Made by a program: the position numbers and the translations under genes. The notes under the pieces were generated by a model. That model ran no database searches. It had not been told where the DNA came from and saw nothing but the letters and a program-made list of their open reading frames with translations. This document shows positions 31,451-46,757 of a DNA stretch of 64,000 nt, one piece after another; the first letter of the stretch is position 1, and the number at the start of each line of letters is the position of its first letter. Origin of the DNA: the human T2T-CHM13v2.0 reference genome, Homo sapiens; assembly GCF_009914755.1 (NCBI RefSeq), contig NC_060931.1; one strand, written 5' to 3'.

Positions 31451-32012
31451 AATTTCTTTTCAAAAGAATTGAAAACAGGTACTCAAATATATGTACACGT
31501 ACGTTCATAGCAGCACTATCCACAATAGCTAAAAGGTGGAAACAGTCTGAATGTCCATCAACTGATGAATGTATAAAACGTGGCATATCCATATAGTATT
31601 ATTATAAATTGGAATATACAATATGGAACATGTATATGAATATTATTCAGCCATAAAAAGGAATGAAGTACTGATGCATGGTACAACATGAATGAACCTT
31701 GAAAACATTATGCTAAGTGAAAAAAGGTACGCACGCAAGGTCACAATATTGTATGATTTCATTTATATGAAGCTTCCAAAACAGGCAAATACTTAGAGAT
31801 AGAAAGCAGATCAGCAGCGGCCAGGGATTAGGGCAAGAAAGAACGTGGAATGACTGCTTAACAAGTACTGTGTTTCCTTTTGGGATGCTGAAAATACTGG
31901 AACTAAATAGAGATGATGGTTGCACAATATTGAGGATGTACTAGAAGCCACTGAACTGTACACTTTCAAATGCTTAATTTTATGTTACATGAATTTTACC
32001 TCAATAAATAAA
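30975..32012 (+). mobile_element. Old L1M (L1MB-like) 3' fragment
   Basis: tcttcaacaaatggtgctgg...gcagttcctcaaaaagttaaa...gaattttacctcaataaa. Confidence 0.85.
31404..31449. repeat. Compound (TG)n(TA)n microsatellite
   Basis: Direct reading. Confidence 0.95.
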
Positions 32013-32439
32013 TGAAATCAGGTAGATTTATACATGAATATGACACAGTACATTCTCACAACCCCAATCTCCATTCCAGTTTGAGAATCACCAATCTATT
32101 AGGTCCCAGCACTCTATGATTCTAATTTCTGCTGAGTTATTTGATATTGGTAGAAAATTAACATTGACAGAATTAAATTCCTAAGGATAAGAAATAGCAA
32201 ATATGCTTCTATTTTACTACCTTTGTAAAAAGACCAGAAAGAATAAAAGTTGTATGCAATTACACAAAGTGTTCATGTTTAGAATCACAGGAGATGAAGA
32301 CAATATGTCTTACTTTACACAGTTCAAAAACCTATTTCAAAGATTAAGTAGCTTTTAAGAGGTTAATCATCTATGTAAATTACATATTCCATGCTTATAA
32401 TTAATACTGAACTACAATAAAAATCTGGCTTAAAACTTA

Positions 32440-32568
<129 letters not shown>

Positions 32569-35403
32569 TCATACATTATTTCCACAATTACAAAAACTTT
32601 GAAAAGCTTGCTACTGAACACTCACAATTCAAAAACAGCTAAAACCATATCTATGAAAAATGGTATCTTCCTTAAATCTGAGCTTATGCTGTCTAGTTCT
32701 CTCAATTCTTGAGTTTGCAGATAACCTAAAACAGAAGTTAATACAAAAAATTCTACTTGCCAAGAAACTTACAATTTCAGGAGGATATTTACTTTACTGA
32801 TTTTTCTTTGAACTCATTTTTAGAAGGTCGACTTCACAATCTTTCAAAACACAACACCAACAACCCTAAAGCAAGTTGAATGGCAGGAAGATACCAGTGT
32901 GAAATTCAAAACTGCAAAACGTAAGGATAACTTATATACAAATATTTAAAAGTAGACCAAACTGTAAGCCACCACTAGTATCTGCCTAATACAACTGATA
33001 CAAAATTTATATTTTTAAAGGAAGAATAAACATAAATATGCATAAAGAAGAATATTGTAGTTTTTAGTTTTCTAGATTTTCTTCCTCCCTTTGGTAGTGG
33101 TAGAGGGGAGGTTTAGATTGAGATTTCAGCTTTTGTTTAGAATGGTGAGAAAGTACGTACGTATTACCACTATTCTCTAACCTCAAATCTCAAGCTTTAA
33201 ATATGCTATGTGGGTTGAGCCTGGAAATAGAAATTATCTATTTGATAGTTATTTTAAGGAGTCTTTATAAAGATGTCTAATGGAGTTTTATGTTACAAAA
33301 AAATAATTTAAATAAAGACTAGATACTATGTTCTTGAGTAAAGGGGGTGACATAACTCAAAATCACAACAGAACTGTTTCAAGGTTCTAAGACAACAAGC
33401 AGATTCTACTCAGCTTGAACCACTTCCAAATAACCAGCTTCCTAAACTGTTAAGTAGGTCGCTTCCATCTGCATTGGTCCCTAAAAAGGAAATAATCATG
33501 TGTCAAAAGATTCAAGCCAGAAATATAAAATAATATTTTACACTTTTCTGCTAACCTTGTAAGTCTTTGAAAAATACTGTAGAGCCTTATCTTTTAAAGC
33601 AACTATCTTTTAAGAAACAAAATTTTTCATCTAATTATGATTTGATTCAAAATGTTATTTCAATAGTTATTAAGTGATGTCTTCAAGTTGACTTTACTTC
33701 TTTTAACTTAGAGAGGGGAAAAATATTTAAGAATGGTACAATTTTTTTAGTTTATAAAGTTAAACTCTGATGATCATTTACAACAAAGATAAAGCATCTC
33801 TCCCTCGTCTAATAACCATCTCACCCTATTTTAATGGCTGGGAAAGGAAAGGAAAAAGTAGAGATAAAGTCCCAGGAAAAAGGAACTGGCTCATGAAGAG
33901 GGGGAAAAAGAATACTGTGAGCAACATTTTAGGTAGAACATATAAAAAAGATTCATAACAATACCTCTATAGTTCTTTCGTATTACTATACAGTACTTCA
34001 TAGTTATGACACTACTGAGTAAACAAAGACGAAAGAGCTGGCCAAATTCTTCGTTAATTATCTGATAAATCTAGATAAACTTTGTAGCCTTAATACCATT
34101 ATCTTAAGCAGTAAGAAGCACTAATGTCTACGTAATAGCATACCACCCTTCCAATTATCATAGATGAGGAATCTGAGAAATAACCTTTCTATTACAACTT
34201 ATTAAGCAGTTAAAATTAATATGAGCACTGTTAAGAAAAATAGTGCTAACACTGACAAACCAGAATCTATTTTGGATGGATATTTTAAACAGTGTATTAA
34301 CCTGGATTATGTACTTAACTATATTACATAAAAAGCTTATGTGATAGGGTATAATGCCCCAAAATAGTATGTCCAACACTTACAAATTCTCTATACTATA
34401 CATACATGTTACAATATATGTAAGTTACAATACATACAAACTCTACTCAATGTATAACATGAAAAAGCTGTAACTATTGTAATCTCTGGGTTTAGCTGAC
34501 ATCTTCTTGGATCTCTGAATTGTGTTTTAATTTTCAACTCTAACACTACACTGACAACCAAGCAATTTTAATCACTCAGTTTTAAAGGGTTAACTCCAGA
34601 AATAGTTTTGAAAAGGACAAAATATAACCAAACAATGATACCCATGATATCTGATATACCTCATGTCTAATGCCATCCTTCAATATGTAGATGGCCTTAT
34701 AAAGCATACACTTTACCTTAAACACTAAATGCATTGCCAGAATTGTGATTAATCATGTAAATAACCACAGCTGTATTTGCTTCAATGTGTATGCCTCCAG
34801 ATGTGTACTGGTTTAAAAAAAAAAAAAAACCCTACATTTTAAAAAGTCAGAATTGGAAATAACCAGTAACAGATGCCTAATACATAAGTTTCTAGCAATT
34901 CTTATTTTAGACGTTGTCCCAAATTGGGCTTTCTTCACTTTGGCTAGTTGAGAATTACATCTGTGACTAGCTTTAAATTTAAAAAATCTGAGCTATCCAA
35001 GATCTAAGACATACTTCACCTAAGTATCACCTTGACATTTAAGTACAAAAAGAATCTTCTTTCAACTTAGAAAATTCTTTTAATACTTACTTTCCCCTAC
35101 TCTGCAACATACATTTCCAAATTTCTGAAAGGCATGAAATATAGCATTTTTGAGAAAAGTAAAAAGGAAATCCCACTCATACTAAATAGGGTTGCAAATG
35201 TTCTATTCTACACCAATTTTCAAGAGTATCGAATTCTTATTCCATAAAAATAAAGGTATTCTGAACATAAACAACCTAATCTCCAACCAAGTTTCTTCAA
35301 ATACAAAACATGCAAGTATATACAGAACATTACATGAAAAGAAAAATACTAAATTGAACATTCACCATCTTAGGTGTGTGTAAAAGAGAAGAGCAATACT
35401 TAC

Positions 35404-35483
35404 AAACAGCATCACTATACTCATGAGTATGATAATGAAGCCACACCATATCCAGTGATTCTGAGATAAATTTACAAGTGTTC
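35404..35483 (-). other. Candidate 80-nt cassette exon in SEM1 intron 1 (GTLVNLSQNHWIWCGFIIILMSIVMLF)
   Basis: Acceptor tttgtttcatacaccctcagcag|G, donor TTT|gtaagt; open in the frame set by exon 1. Confidence 0.4.
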
Positions 35484-35894
35484 CTGCTGAGGGTGTATGA
35501 AACAAATTATTTTTTTTGAAAATTTCACTTCTGTAGGTTATCATAATGCAAACACCCGTATACCCTGCAGATCTAATGTCTAGTCAGTGACTAAGAAATC
35601 AATACGTAGCACGGCACCACTTTGCTACTATATTTTCTCTAACAAGGACCAAAACTGTTAGTGGAGAACTTCAAACAAAAAGCAAGTCATAAACAATGTT
35701 TTTATTGGCAGGCTGTTGGTGAGCTTTCAGTTGTGGCAGAGTCTGAAACAAAGGATCAAAATAACTTCATAATCATTCATAACTATTCTTACATTTTTTA
35801 AAAAGGAAATCCAAACCCAATTATTTTCATCAACAATTAAAAAAAATATAAGTCTGGCAGAATGGTTCCACTTTGTTGGTTCTCTTTGTTGATT

Positions 35895-36568
35895 TGGGAT
35901 TTTTTTTACTTTAAGTTCTGGGATAGATGTGCAGAATGTACAGGTCCGTTACATAGGAATACATGTGCCACAGTGGTTTGCTGCACCCATCAACCCATCA
36001 CCTAGGTTTTAAGTCCCACACGAATTAAGTATTTCTCCTAATGCCATCCCTCCCCTTGCTTCCCACCCCGACAGGCCCAGGTGTGTGATGTTCCCCTTCC
36101 TGTGTCTACTATGTGTTCTCATTGTTCAACTTCCACTTATGAGTGAGAACATGCGGTGTTAGGTTTTCTGTTCTTGTGTTAGTTTGTTGACAATGATGGT
36201 TTCCAGCTTCATCCATGTCCCTAAAAAGGACAAGAACCCATCCTTTTTTATGGCTGTATAGTATTGCACAGCGTATACGTGCCACCTTTTCTTTAACCAG
36301 TCCGTCACTGATGGCCATTGGGATCGGTTCCAAGTCTTTGCTATTGTGAATAGTGCTTCAATAAACATTCATGTGCATGCGTCTTTATAGTAGAATGATT
36401 TATAATCCTTTGGGTATAACCCAGTAATGGGATTGCTGGGTCAAATGGTTATTTCTAGTTCTAGATCCTTGCGGAATCACCACATTGTCTTCCACAATGG
36501 TTGAACTAATTTACACTCCCACCAACAGTGTAAAAGCGTTCCTACTTCTCCACATCCTCTCCAGCATA
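35895..36568 (-). mobile_element. 5'-truncated L1PA (L1PA8-11-like) in SEM1 intron 1
   Basis: Reverse L1 3'UTR (actttaagttctggg...) through the ORF2 C-terminus. Confidence 0.92.
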
Positions 36569-38020
36569 AATTTTTAAAAATGTATTTGTTTTTTCTTTCG
36601 CTTCCTGAACCTGGTAGATTTGTGGCTTTAATTTTAATTCCATAAAATTTACAAAAACCATTACTCTCATCTTTTCCAAGCCCTTATGCCCTAGATTCAT
36701 CTCATCTTGGTACCCTCATTCTGATCTACCCTTCAAATTACTGAGTCAAGGGTATCCAATCTCAACTTCACCATGCATATTCTTAAGACACGCATGAGCA
36801 AAATCACAACCCCAGATTTCTTCTTATTCTCAACACCCCATATCAAACTAGTTGCTAATGCTTCATCACTTCTACCTCCCTTACTGTTGTGGCATCATTC
36901 TCTTCACTTCATTTCTAATAATAATTTATTTCGCCCTTAGTCCTCACCTGAGTTATTTCGACAATCTGCTAATTAACCTCCCTGACTCTAGTCTTTCTAT
37001 CTTTTCAAATTAATTCTGCTGGGTTAATGTTTCAGCATATTGCCTAAAGGAAACTTACACATATCACTGTCATAAGCAAAACAAACAAAACATTTTAAAA
37101 ACCACTTCTCATCTAGTTAATTAAGGATTAAGTCCAAACTGGTCAGAGGCTTAAAGCTTTCCATGCTGAGGCCGCAAACCACCTGCATTTGCAACTACTA
37201 TTTCATAAGCAAATACAATATACATACACATTTATTTTTCACTTCAAAGCACCTACACCTTTTCCCTTCTTTTGAAAACCCCTTTCCTACGTTTCTTTTG
37301 AAAGCCCTGTTCAAAGGTTGCTACCTCGCACTGTACATAACTGGAAGTAATCTGTTTCTTTTGAACTGCTGTTGCACTTTACTATCAGTTGAAGGAAACC
37401 AAATTACATCTTACTCAGAAGCCCAACAGGTAAGAGAAACAAAGGCAATGTTGCTATGGTTTAATTGGTGGTAGGGAGAAAAGGGCTTTGAGTCCCACCC
37501 CAGGATAAACACTTCCAAAATACTAAAGCACTCTAGCTTGGTGTTAAAACCACTGATTCTTCTCTCCCTTGACAACTACTACTTACTAAGTTCAAAGACA
37601 AATATCTATAGAAGTCAAATTTGCTTCAAGACAGCCTCTAATTAACTGTGACCTTGGGTAAATTAAATTTTTCTGATCCCTAGGTATAAAACTTATACCT
37701 CAAAGAGCTATGAAGACTCAATGACACTGTGTATGTAAAGCACTTAGTACTGATAAATGGCAGCTAATACCATTCTCTCTGTACTTTTCAGTACCAGATT
37801 TATAGGAAACACTCAACAAATACATGTCAAATGAATAAATCCTTTATTACATGCTAATCACTGGAAAGGCAATTTGTGGGATGAGAGAGGTGAGTAGAGA
37901 AACATGTCCTAGAATATAAACAATACAATTTCCACCAAACATTACATGTACACCAGAGTACACAACCAGACAAAGGATTAAGGATATTTGGTAAATTTTA
38001 AATACTTATGAAGAAGAGTA

Positions 38021-38243
38021 CACTCATCCCTCGGTATACTCGGGGTACTTGTTCCAGGACAGCCCAAGTATACCCAAATCTATGTATATTCAGGTCCCAT
38101 GGTTAGCCAAGTGGTAGTCAGCCCTCTCTACAGGTGGGTTCCATATCCTGTGAATATCGTACTTCCTTTTCCCATTTAGTTGAAAAAAATCTGTGTATAA
38201 ATGGACCCTCACACTTCAAACCATGTTGTTAAAGGGTCAACTG
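38021..38243. mobile_element. MER2/Tigger-type DNA transposon fossil
   Basis: TA|cactcatccct ... agggtcaactg|TA degenerate TIRs with TA target duplication. Confidence 0.8.
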
Positions 38244-38851
38244 TATACAGTTTTTGAAACTTATTTTCCTCTCAATGTTTTCGCAGTTCATCACATCTTT
38301 CAATGAGTAATGTTTAACAAACAAGTAGTAACATTAAACACTACTTAAACCACAATTGCTTACTGCTTGCTCATTCCATAGAACCAATGAAATAGCTAAC
38401 CAAATAGTTTTTCAAAGAGTTTTTCAGTGTTTAATATCCTGGTTCACACCTCTCACTATCCCTTCCCAAGCACCAGCATCTTGATTTGGGGGTTTTTCAT
38501 TCCAATCTGTATATACCCCTAAATAATGTATGTTACTATTTTATGTGTCTTTCTATGAATAACCACATTATTAAGTACTTGTGGAAAAACATTTAATGGC
38601 AATTTTTTTAAATTTACAAGTTTCTAATACTGCAAACTAAATCAATTATCAAATAATTCACAAATTTAACAAGCTTAATTTTGAATATATTCAAAATTAC
38701 TAAATACATGTCAGACACAGCTCAAATTCTAAATAAATATTAAACATCATCCAAAATCCAAACTCCTAAGTACATTAGAGGGGAGAGAAAAAAGGAGACT
38801 AATGTTTACTGAATACCAACTTTGTGCCAGACTCTGTTTACATATGTATCA

Positions 38852-39228
38852 TTGTTCTGGACTAAATCTTTGTACCCTGGCCCCCCAAAACCCCCCAAAA
38901 AATTCTTATGTTGAAGCCCTCATCCTCAATATGATGGTATTCGGGAGGTAATCAGGATTGAATGAGGTCTTGCGGGTAGGGCTCCCATGATGGGATTAGT
39001 GCCTTAAGAGATACCAGAGAGCATGCACTCTTTCATTCTGCCACAAGAGAACACAGCACAAAGGCAGCCTTGTGCAAGGCAGGAAGAGTGGCCTCACCAA
39101 GAACTGTATCGACCTACACTTTAATCTTGGACTCCACAGCCTCCAGAATGGGTGAGAAAATAAATCTCTGATGTTTAAGCCACCCAGTCTATGCTATTTT
39201 GTTATGGTAGCCCAGGCCAACCATTACA
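38852..39228 (+). mobile_element. MLT1A/MST-like solo LTR
   Basis: atgttgaagccct...atgatgggattagtgcctt...aataaatctctgatgtttaagccacccagtc. Confidence 0.8.
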
Positions 39229-39529
39229 ATAATGTAATTCTTTCATGACTCTAATAAATATTATTAGCCATATATTACAGATAATGAAATTGAGGATTAA
39301 GATGGTAACAGCTCAGAGAAAAACATAATGGTTAATCTTACTTAAAAAAATCAATCCAAATCAAAATGATACAATTTTATTTTTCATTCATGAGGTCAGT
39401 AATGACTAACATGTTTACTATCTAGTGTAGCAAGCTTATGAGGGAAAAGGTGAACTGTAGATGAAAACATAAATTGGCATAACCCTTCTCAAAGGCAATT
39501 TGAGAGTATCTGTCAAAATTTAAGATATG

Positions 39530-41110
39530 CCAGGTCTAAGATGAGGTGTCTAAGCCCAAGTAGAGCAAGGAGGGCATTCCTGGAGAGGGGCAGCATGGTG
39601 TGGCTGGTGTGTCAGAGCCTGGACAGAACGAAGTCACCCACACTAGAGGATGGGAGGGTGGCCTGGCATAAAATGTGGAGCCCAAGTCGGGCAAGAAGGG
39701 CACCTGTTGGGGGCAGCAAAGATTGGTTAGGAAGGGGGATGACCAAATAGACAATACATTGAAGATAATGGAAGCCAGGTTTCTCACTATTGGAGAAGGG
39801 AATAACAAATGTAGAAAGGGAAAAAACTAGAATGAATCCAGTGGTGTTGAACTGCAATTGGAGACATCTGTGTGAACCCATGGTTTTATACATACACACA
39901 CACACACACTCCTGTACATCCCTAGTTCCTTCCACTTAGAGGGTCTGGGAGCAGGAATATCCCAAATGCAATAAACATAAGCAAAGTGAAGACCCTGCAT
40001 TCTAAATACCATTCTCCACTAAAAAGAAATCACATTGGAGCAACGGCTGATTTCACGTATAAAATTAGTTTGGAATACACCTTGTGCCAGAATGCTAGGA
40101 AATGCACAAAGAATAATGGAGACATGGCAAAAGGACACAGAAGACAGCCTGAAGGAGTTCTGCATGTTCAAATATGGGACAATCTGAGAATCCAAATAAT
40201 AGTTACAAATTATAACCTACTGAGTCAGAATCCACTAGTCCACACTGCTATACATTTTTTAAAAGATGAACAAGTTACAAGTTTGATGATCACTGGAATA
40301 CTGTATTTACATAGTTTCAAAGTCCCTCCCCCAAAACTGCCTATTAGGAAGGGAAAATTAGTAACCTAACAATGGAAAGGCCTAACAAACACCACCTTAA
40401 TAGTGATTGAAGTGAACATCCCCAGTAATGGAACAAATGAGAATAATGTTCCACCTAAAAAGATGTCATTAGAACAGAGCACCAGGACTACAATGTAGAA
40501 CTTCTATCATGAGGAAATAGGCACAGGTGAGGAACATTCTACAAAATATCTGGCCTGTAGTCTTCTAAAGTGTGAAAATCATTAAAGTTAAAGACAAACA
40601 GGAAATGCTCTAGACTAAGGAAGACTAAAGAGACAGGACAAGATAATGTAATCCAGGACTCTATAGTAAGACATTATTGAGACAATGGGAGAAAGCTGAA
40701 AGTGATCTGTGGGTTAGATCATACAGGTTGAGTATCCCTTATTCAAAATGCTTGAGACCAGAAGTGTTTCAAATTTTGTATTTTTTTGAATTTTGAAATA
40801 CTTGCATTATATATTTACAACTGGGCATCCCAAATCCCCTAATCTGAAATTTCATGTTGGTACTCAGAAAGTTTGAGATTCCGGAGGATTTCAGATTTGG
40901 GATGCTCAACCTATAGTAATGCATCAGTGCGTTAATTTCCTGATTTTGATGGTTGTCTTGTGACTATGTCCTTGTAGGAAATACACATTAAAATACTCAG
41001 GAGTGATGGCCATCAGGTTGGCAACTTATTCACAAATGGTTTAGAGAAAAATGTTTGTACTGTACTTTCAACTATTCTGTAAGTTTGAGATTATTTCAAA
41101 ATAAAAATTA
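39530..41110 (+). mobile_element. Old L1M (L1MC/MD-like) 3' region, interrupted by Tigger4a
   Basis: gaagccaggtttctcactattggagaa...ttaatttcctgattttgatggttg...ctgtaagtttgagattatttcaaaataaaa. Confidence 0.65.
40724..40913. mobile_element. Tigger4a (MER46/Zombi) MITE
   Basis: TA|caggttgagtatccc ... gggatgctcaaccta|TA TIRs. Confidence 0.85.
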
Positions 41111-41310
41111 TATTATAAAAAATGAGTCTGCCAATTCAATTTGGCAATTCTTCTCTAGGAGTTTATCTTATAGATTAGCACACACAGAAAAAGATGTAAA
41201 CATATTCATTATCTGTAACAGAAAAAAAACAACAAAACCCAAGCAACAAAAACCCTAAAGCTATAAGGTTATTCACTGCAGCATATTCCATTTTTTTTTT
41301 TCTTTTAAAG

Positions 41311-41610
41311 GCCAGGTGCAGTGGCTCACCTGTAATCCCAGCACCTGGGAAGACTGATGGGAAGACTGCTGAGGCCATTAGTTCAGTACCAGCCTGGGCA
41401 ACATAACGAGACCAAATCTCCACAAAAAATTTGAAAGAACAAATTAGGTGAGATGGCACATGCCTGTACTCCCAGCTACTAGGGAGGCTGATAGGGAGGC
41501 TGAGACAGAGGATCACTCAATCCCAGGAGTTCAAGGCCGTAATAATCTGTGACAGCGCCACTGTACTCCAGCCTGGGTGACAGAGCACCAGAGCAAGACC
41601 TTGTCTCTTA

Positions 41611-41613
<3 letters not shown>
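41311..41613 (+). mobile_element. AluJ with (CA)n tail
   Basis: Diverged Alu dimer. Confidence 0.9.

Positions 41614-41656
<43 letters not shown>
41614..41656. repeat. (AC)~21 microsatellite
   Basis: Uninterrupted dinucleotide run at the Alu tail. Confidence 0.97.
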
Positions 41657-41662
<6 letters not shown>

Positions 41663-43190
41663 AAAGAACCAAAGAAAAAACCCTAATATCTATCAAGAAG
41701 GGACTAGTTAAATAGACTATTTAAGATGAACACAATGAGGGCATGAGGTAGATTTTTATATTGATGCAAAAATGTACCTGAGATACATTAAATAATAAAA
41801 ATCAAGTAGGAGGAAATAGTATATATCGTATGTCTTCTGTGTATGTATTTAAAGGATACATACAAACAAGTACAATTTATAAATACATTCTGGAAGGATA
41901 CTAAAGAAAAAAACATTTAACGTTGGTTATCACTGGGACATAAATAACTTTTTTGGGGAATTGTAGAGGGAAACTGTGTTTTTACTTTTTAATTTATACT
42001 CTCATTAAGTTTAAATTTTTACCATAAGCGGTTACTTATACAATTATCCTATATAATATACTACAAAAATATTTTAAAGAGGAAGTTAAGTAACTAGCAT
42101 GAGGTGACTAGCTGAAAGTTTATGAATGGTAGATTTGAACCTAGGCCTAATCCTAGATTCATCATGCTTATTCTATCCTGGGGTTCAAAAACTTTCTTCT
42201 TGCACACAATTATCAAAAATGGACATTCAACAGGTACTCTTCGAATCATTATACAGATTACACATTTTTTCTTAAAAATTTTTAGTAACATGAGTTCTCC
42301 ATTTCTTGCTACCACCATGTAACTAATTCAAATGTTTAATGGTTATGTCCACTATATTACATTTAATAATGCAAAAACAGCAAAAGCCCTTTTTGGCACT
42401 AGGTAAACTGACTAGCATGGTGTGTGACATTATCAATACTGGTCACATCTATCTTCTACATTTAAGATTCTAAGGAATCCTCCTATTGAATGTTTAGTCC
42501 TGTTGGTATATGCTGTTCACATAAATATTTCTCAATAGCATTTTTCACAGGGCAGTTCTTCCTCGTGCAGGCACAAATATAAAATCCTTGACCTCTACCC
42601 ACTAAACGCTGGCAGTTTTTCTACACTCCTACCTGTCAAGTCAGTGTGACATCCAAAAACACTCCCTTGGTTAAGAACCACTGTAAGATGTCATACTTTT
42701 TAAGGCACAGGTGATAATGCCTCATTTATTCCAGAATGCTGGCAGCATTAGGGGATCACCAGTCTGTTGTCTGCCTCAACAGACAGATTCCCATCATAAC
42801 ACTGTCTTATCCAGAAATTTCTCCAGGGGCCAGAGGGTGGGAAGGTGGGTAGTATTCTGCTCCTGATTTCTTCAGACTATATAGAAATTTCACCTAATAC
42901 AGAAAAAGTATAGAATACTTAGTATAATATCACTCTTGTAAACGCTATCGCTGCTGCAGGCAAACTCAATTTCATTCTAAATATTCTAAAAAAGCTTCTC
43001 TCTCAAAAAAAAAAAAAAAACCCTTTCAATTCTGGCACAGGAAGAGAATAAAAGAATCTAAAGGAGCACTTGTTCTCTTCCCTCTTTTACTCGAATCCAC
43101 ATCTAATTGTCAGAGAAACTAATAAAAATATTTTTTAAAACTCTTTCAATAATTTGATATGGAAAAGTAGTCAACGTTTTAAATAAATTA

Positions 43191-43562
<372 letters not shown>

Positions 43563-43927
43563 CTAGACTTTTAAGTTGCCCTCCGGTCCTAGAATTCTAA
43601 CCATTTCAAAGCTTCCAAAATCATATCAAAATCAATCACACCCAGGACCTTGAATGTCTTCCTAATAAAGGCTGTTCTAAATCAGTTTAAGTAGTCAAGA
43701 AGTTGGAGGCTGTATATCACAAAGATCCTAAATATGATTTTTTACAGCTCCTGCTTAATGACCAGAAGATTACACACCCACCAATTAGAATAATTGTGAG
43801 GAAATGCCAATGTAGCACCAATTCACAGGCTATAGAATGGGGGAAAAAATAAAAGCAGCATTTGTACCTTCAGAGACTCCTTCCAGATGTTGCACTTTAC
43901 ATTGAAGGGCTATTGAGAAGAAACTAT

Positions 43928-44249
<322 letters not shown>

Positions 44250-46627
44250 AGAAACAATAAAAATTCCCTTTCCTTAAAATGATTAAATGAACATCCTACC
44301 AAACATATTCTTATGCAAGATGGGATGTAGCAACGCCACTCCCAAAAGAAAGACCCACTCCCAAAAGAAAATCTATTAGTCGAACCACCAGTAACGACTT
44401 TCATGTGGCAACCTCTATACTCCAAGTTACCCGAGAGTGGATAAAATCCACTTTCTGGAGCACTGACACTCAACAAAGCGTTTGAAAGTAAGATCTGTTA
44501 TAGACTGCAGAGATGTTCATAGGCTGCCTTAACAACACCAATTTTAATTTGTATCTGTTAGTGAATTTGTCAATGGCATACTTACAAGAAAAATAATTTT
44601 CCAAAGTACACAAAGAACTTGAAAGTAAATCAGGGCATTAATACTTGAAGTGAAAACTCAAATACCAAAAGATTGAAAATAGGTCACTGTTTTAAAGTAA
44701 TACTTTTCAAACTTTAATGTTTTTTCAAACATCTCTCTTAGGAATCCTGGTAAAGCCCACACTGATTAAGTAGGTCTAGGTTTGAGGAATGATGAGATGC
44801 TGCAATTTTAACAGGCTCCCAGGCAATGCCAAGTCTGCTGTTTCATGGATCACATTTTGAATAGTAACAGACTCTAAACCTTGACTAGACCAAAACATGT
44901 CGGAAATGTAGATTCTCAGAAAAGAAATAATTCTTTGGTGATATTTTCTGAAGTGTTTTTCTTTTGCTTTTGTTACTCATCAGAACAACTTTCATGAGTA
45001 AATATTGAGTGGTTTCACCTTGTGGGATGATTTTCTCACAAATTCAAATTAAGAAAAACCTCTCCAAATCATAAACCAGAGAAGAGAAACTTGAACAAAA
45101 TAAAGGCATTAAAAATGTTTCTCACTCTAAAATGGAAAGTTTCCTGAATGAATTAATTCTACACATTTATACCTGAAGACAACAAACATTCTGTAAGGAG
45201 ACCCATAAATGGTCAATTACTTAATGTTAATAAACAAGTCTGTTGTGAGTCTTTTGTCCTTAGAAAGAATAATTTTTTTTTGCTTTTCCTTTTACCTTTT
45301 TGTTTTGTTTTACTATATAACTACTGACACTTTGAAAAATTGCTGCTCACATATAAACTTAGAACAAGCACAAACTACACTCGCAAAAGCTGATGAAAGT
45401 TGCTGAAAAAAATCAAGTGTACCATCAGGTACATAGTTATCTCTAGATCGTTTTTAAGCAGTCAATTATCAACTAACTACTCATTTTAAATGCGGGTTCA
45501 TTCATCATTCATTCAACATGCATTTATTGACCACCTACTATGTATCAGGCACTTTGCTAAATGTTACAGATAAAGTTTGGATCAGGGAGTTAGACCTTTC
45601 AGATCCTGGCTTGGACATAATGGCAAGTTTTGTTTGTTTGTTTTTCTTTTTGTCTCTAAGCCTCCATATTCTCAAGGTGATAGTGATAATTAGATTATGT
45701 AATGCAAATAAAGTGCCTAACATTCCACCCTGTATATGATAATGAAGAATGCTATTTGAAGTATTAAGTTTGAGTAAGAAGTAGATCCTACCTTCAATAG
45801 GCCAGCTTTCTACGACACAGCTCTATGTTGGCGGATTATGAAGCAACTTGAAAGCGAGCTAAAGAAAACATGACTGAATAGATAAATCCATTACCAAAAC
45901 AAAAAACTAAGAATGCCTACAACACATAATTAATTCCAGAACTGAAAAGAAATGTGCTTTGGGTTAGTTTACCAGTTTCTGTAGCATGTACACTAATGTT
46001 CTCTTCCACTAAACAAAGTAACAGTACATTATAAATAGAACAAATGTTCCAGCTATGTGGTTTTATGCACAATAGGATCATCATAGGGTATACAACTTGG
46101 GACAATTTTAGTGAAGTAGTAATTGCTTGATGCAACAGGATGTGTACCCCATTAACCACAATTCTCTTTCTACCACCTTCAGAAAGTAATCTCCTTTTCT
46201 TATAAGGTAAATATTTACAAATCCTACTCATCAACCATCAGCCAATAAAGCAGCCTATTTTGAAAACCTAACTGGCAACAGCAATCTCACAAACAGAAGC
46301 AGTACAGCTGAAGTTAAGAGCTTTGGTGTCAATCAGGCCAGGTTTCCCAGTTCCAGTTCTATTATTTCTAACTAGTTATGAGACATCAGAAGGTTTCTTA
46401 ACCATTCCGAGCTTCAGTTTATCTGAAGAATGGCAATACTGAGGCCTACTTCTTATATTTATGAAAGTGGAATATGCTATTACAAGTAAAGCACTTAGAC
46501 AAGTTCCTGAAAACAACAGCCACTCAATAAATGTTAGCAATTTGCTATTATCTACAATGAAAAAACCAGGTCTTTAGTTTTGAAGCTAAAAAAAAAATGT
46601 GTAAGGTTTAGGTTCTTTTAAAAAAAT

Positions 46628-46757
46628 ATTTTATTTTTGTAGGGACAGGGTCTCGCTATGTTGCCCAGGCTGGTCTTGAACTCCTGACCTTATGTGATCC
46701 TCCTGCCTCTTCCTCCCAAACTGCTGCGATTACAGGCGTGAGCCACCACACCCGGCA
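46628..46757 (-). mobile_element. Alu left monomer / FLAM
   Basis: gggtctcgctatgttgcccaggctgg...gagccaccacacccggc. Confidence 0.88.

Noticed and set aside
44336-44370. Direct repeat ccactcccaaaagaaa x2 (similar small duplication at ~6702-6733)
   Set aside because: Ordinary local slippage duplication.
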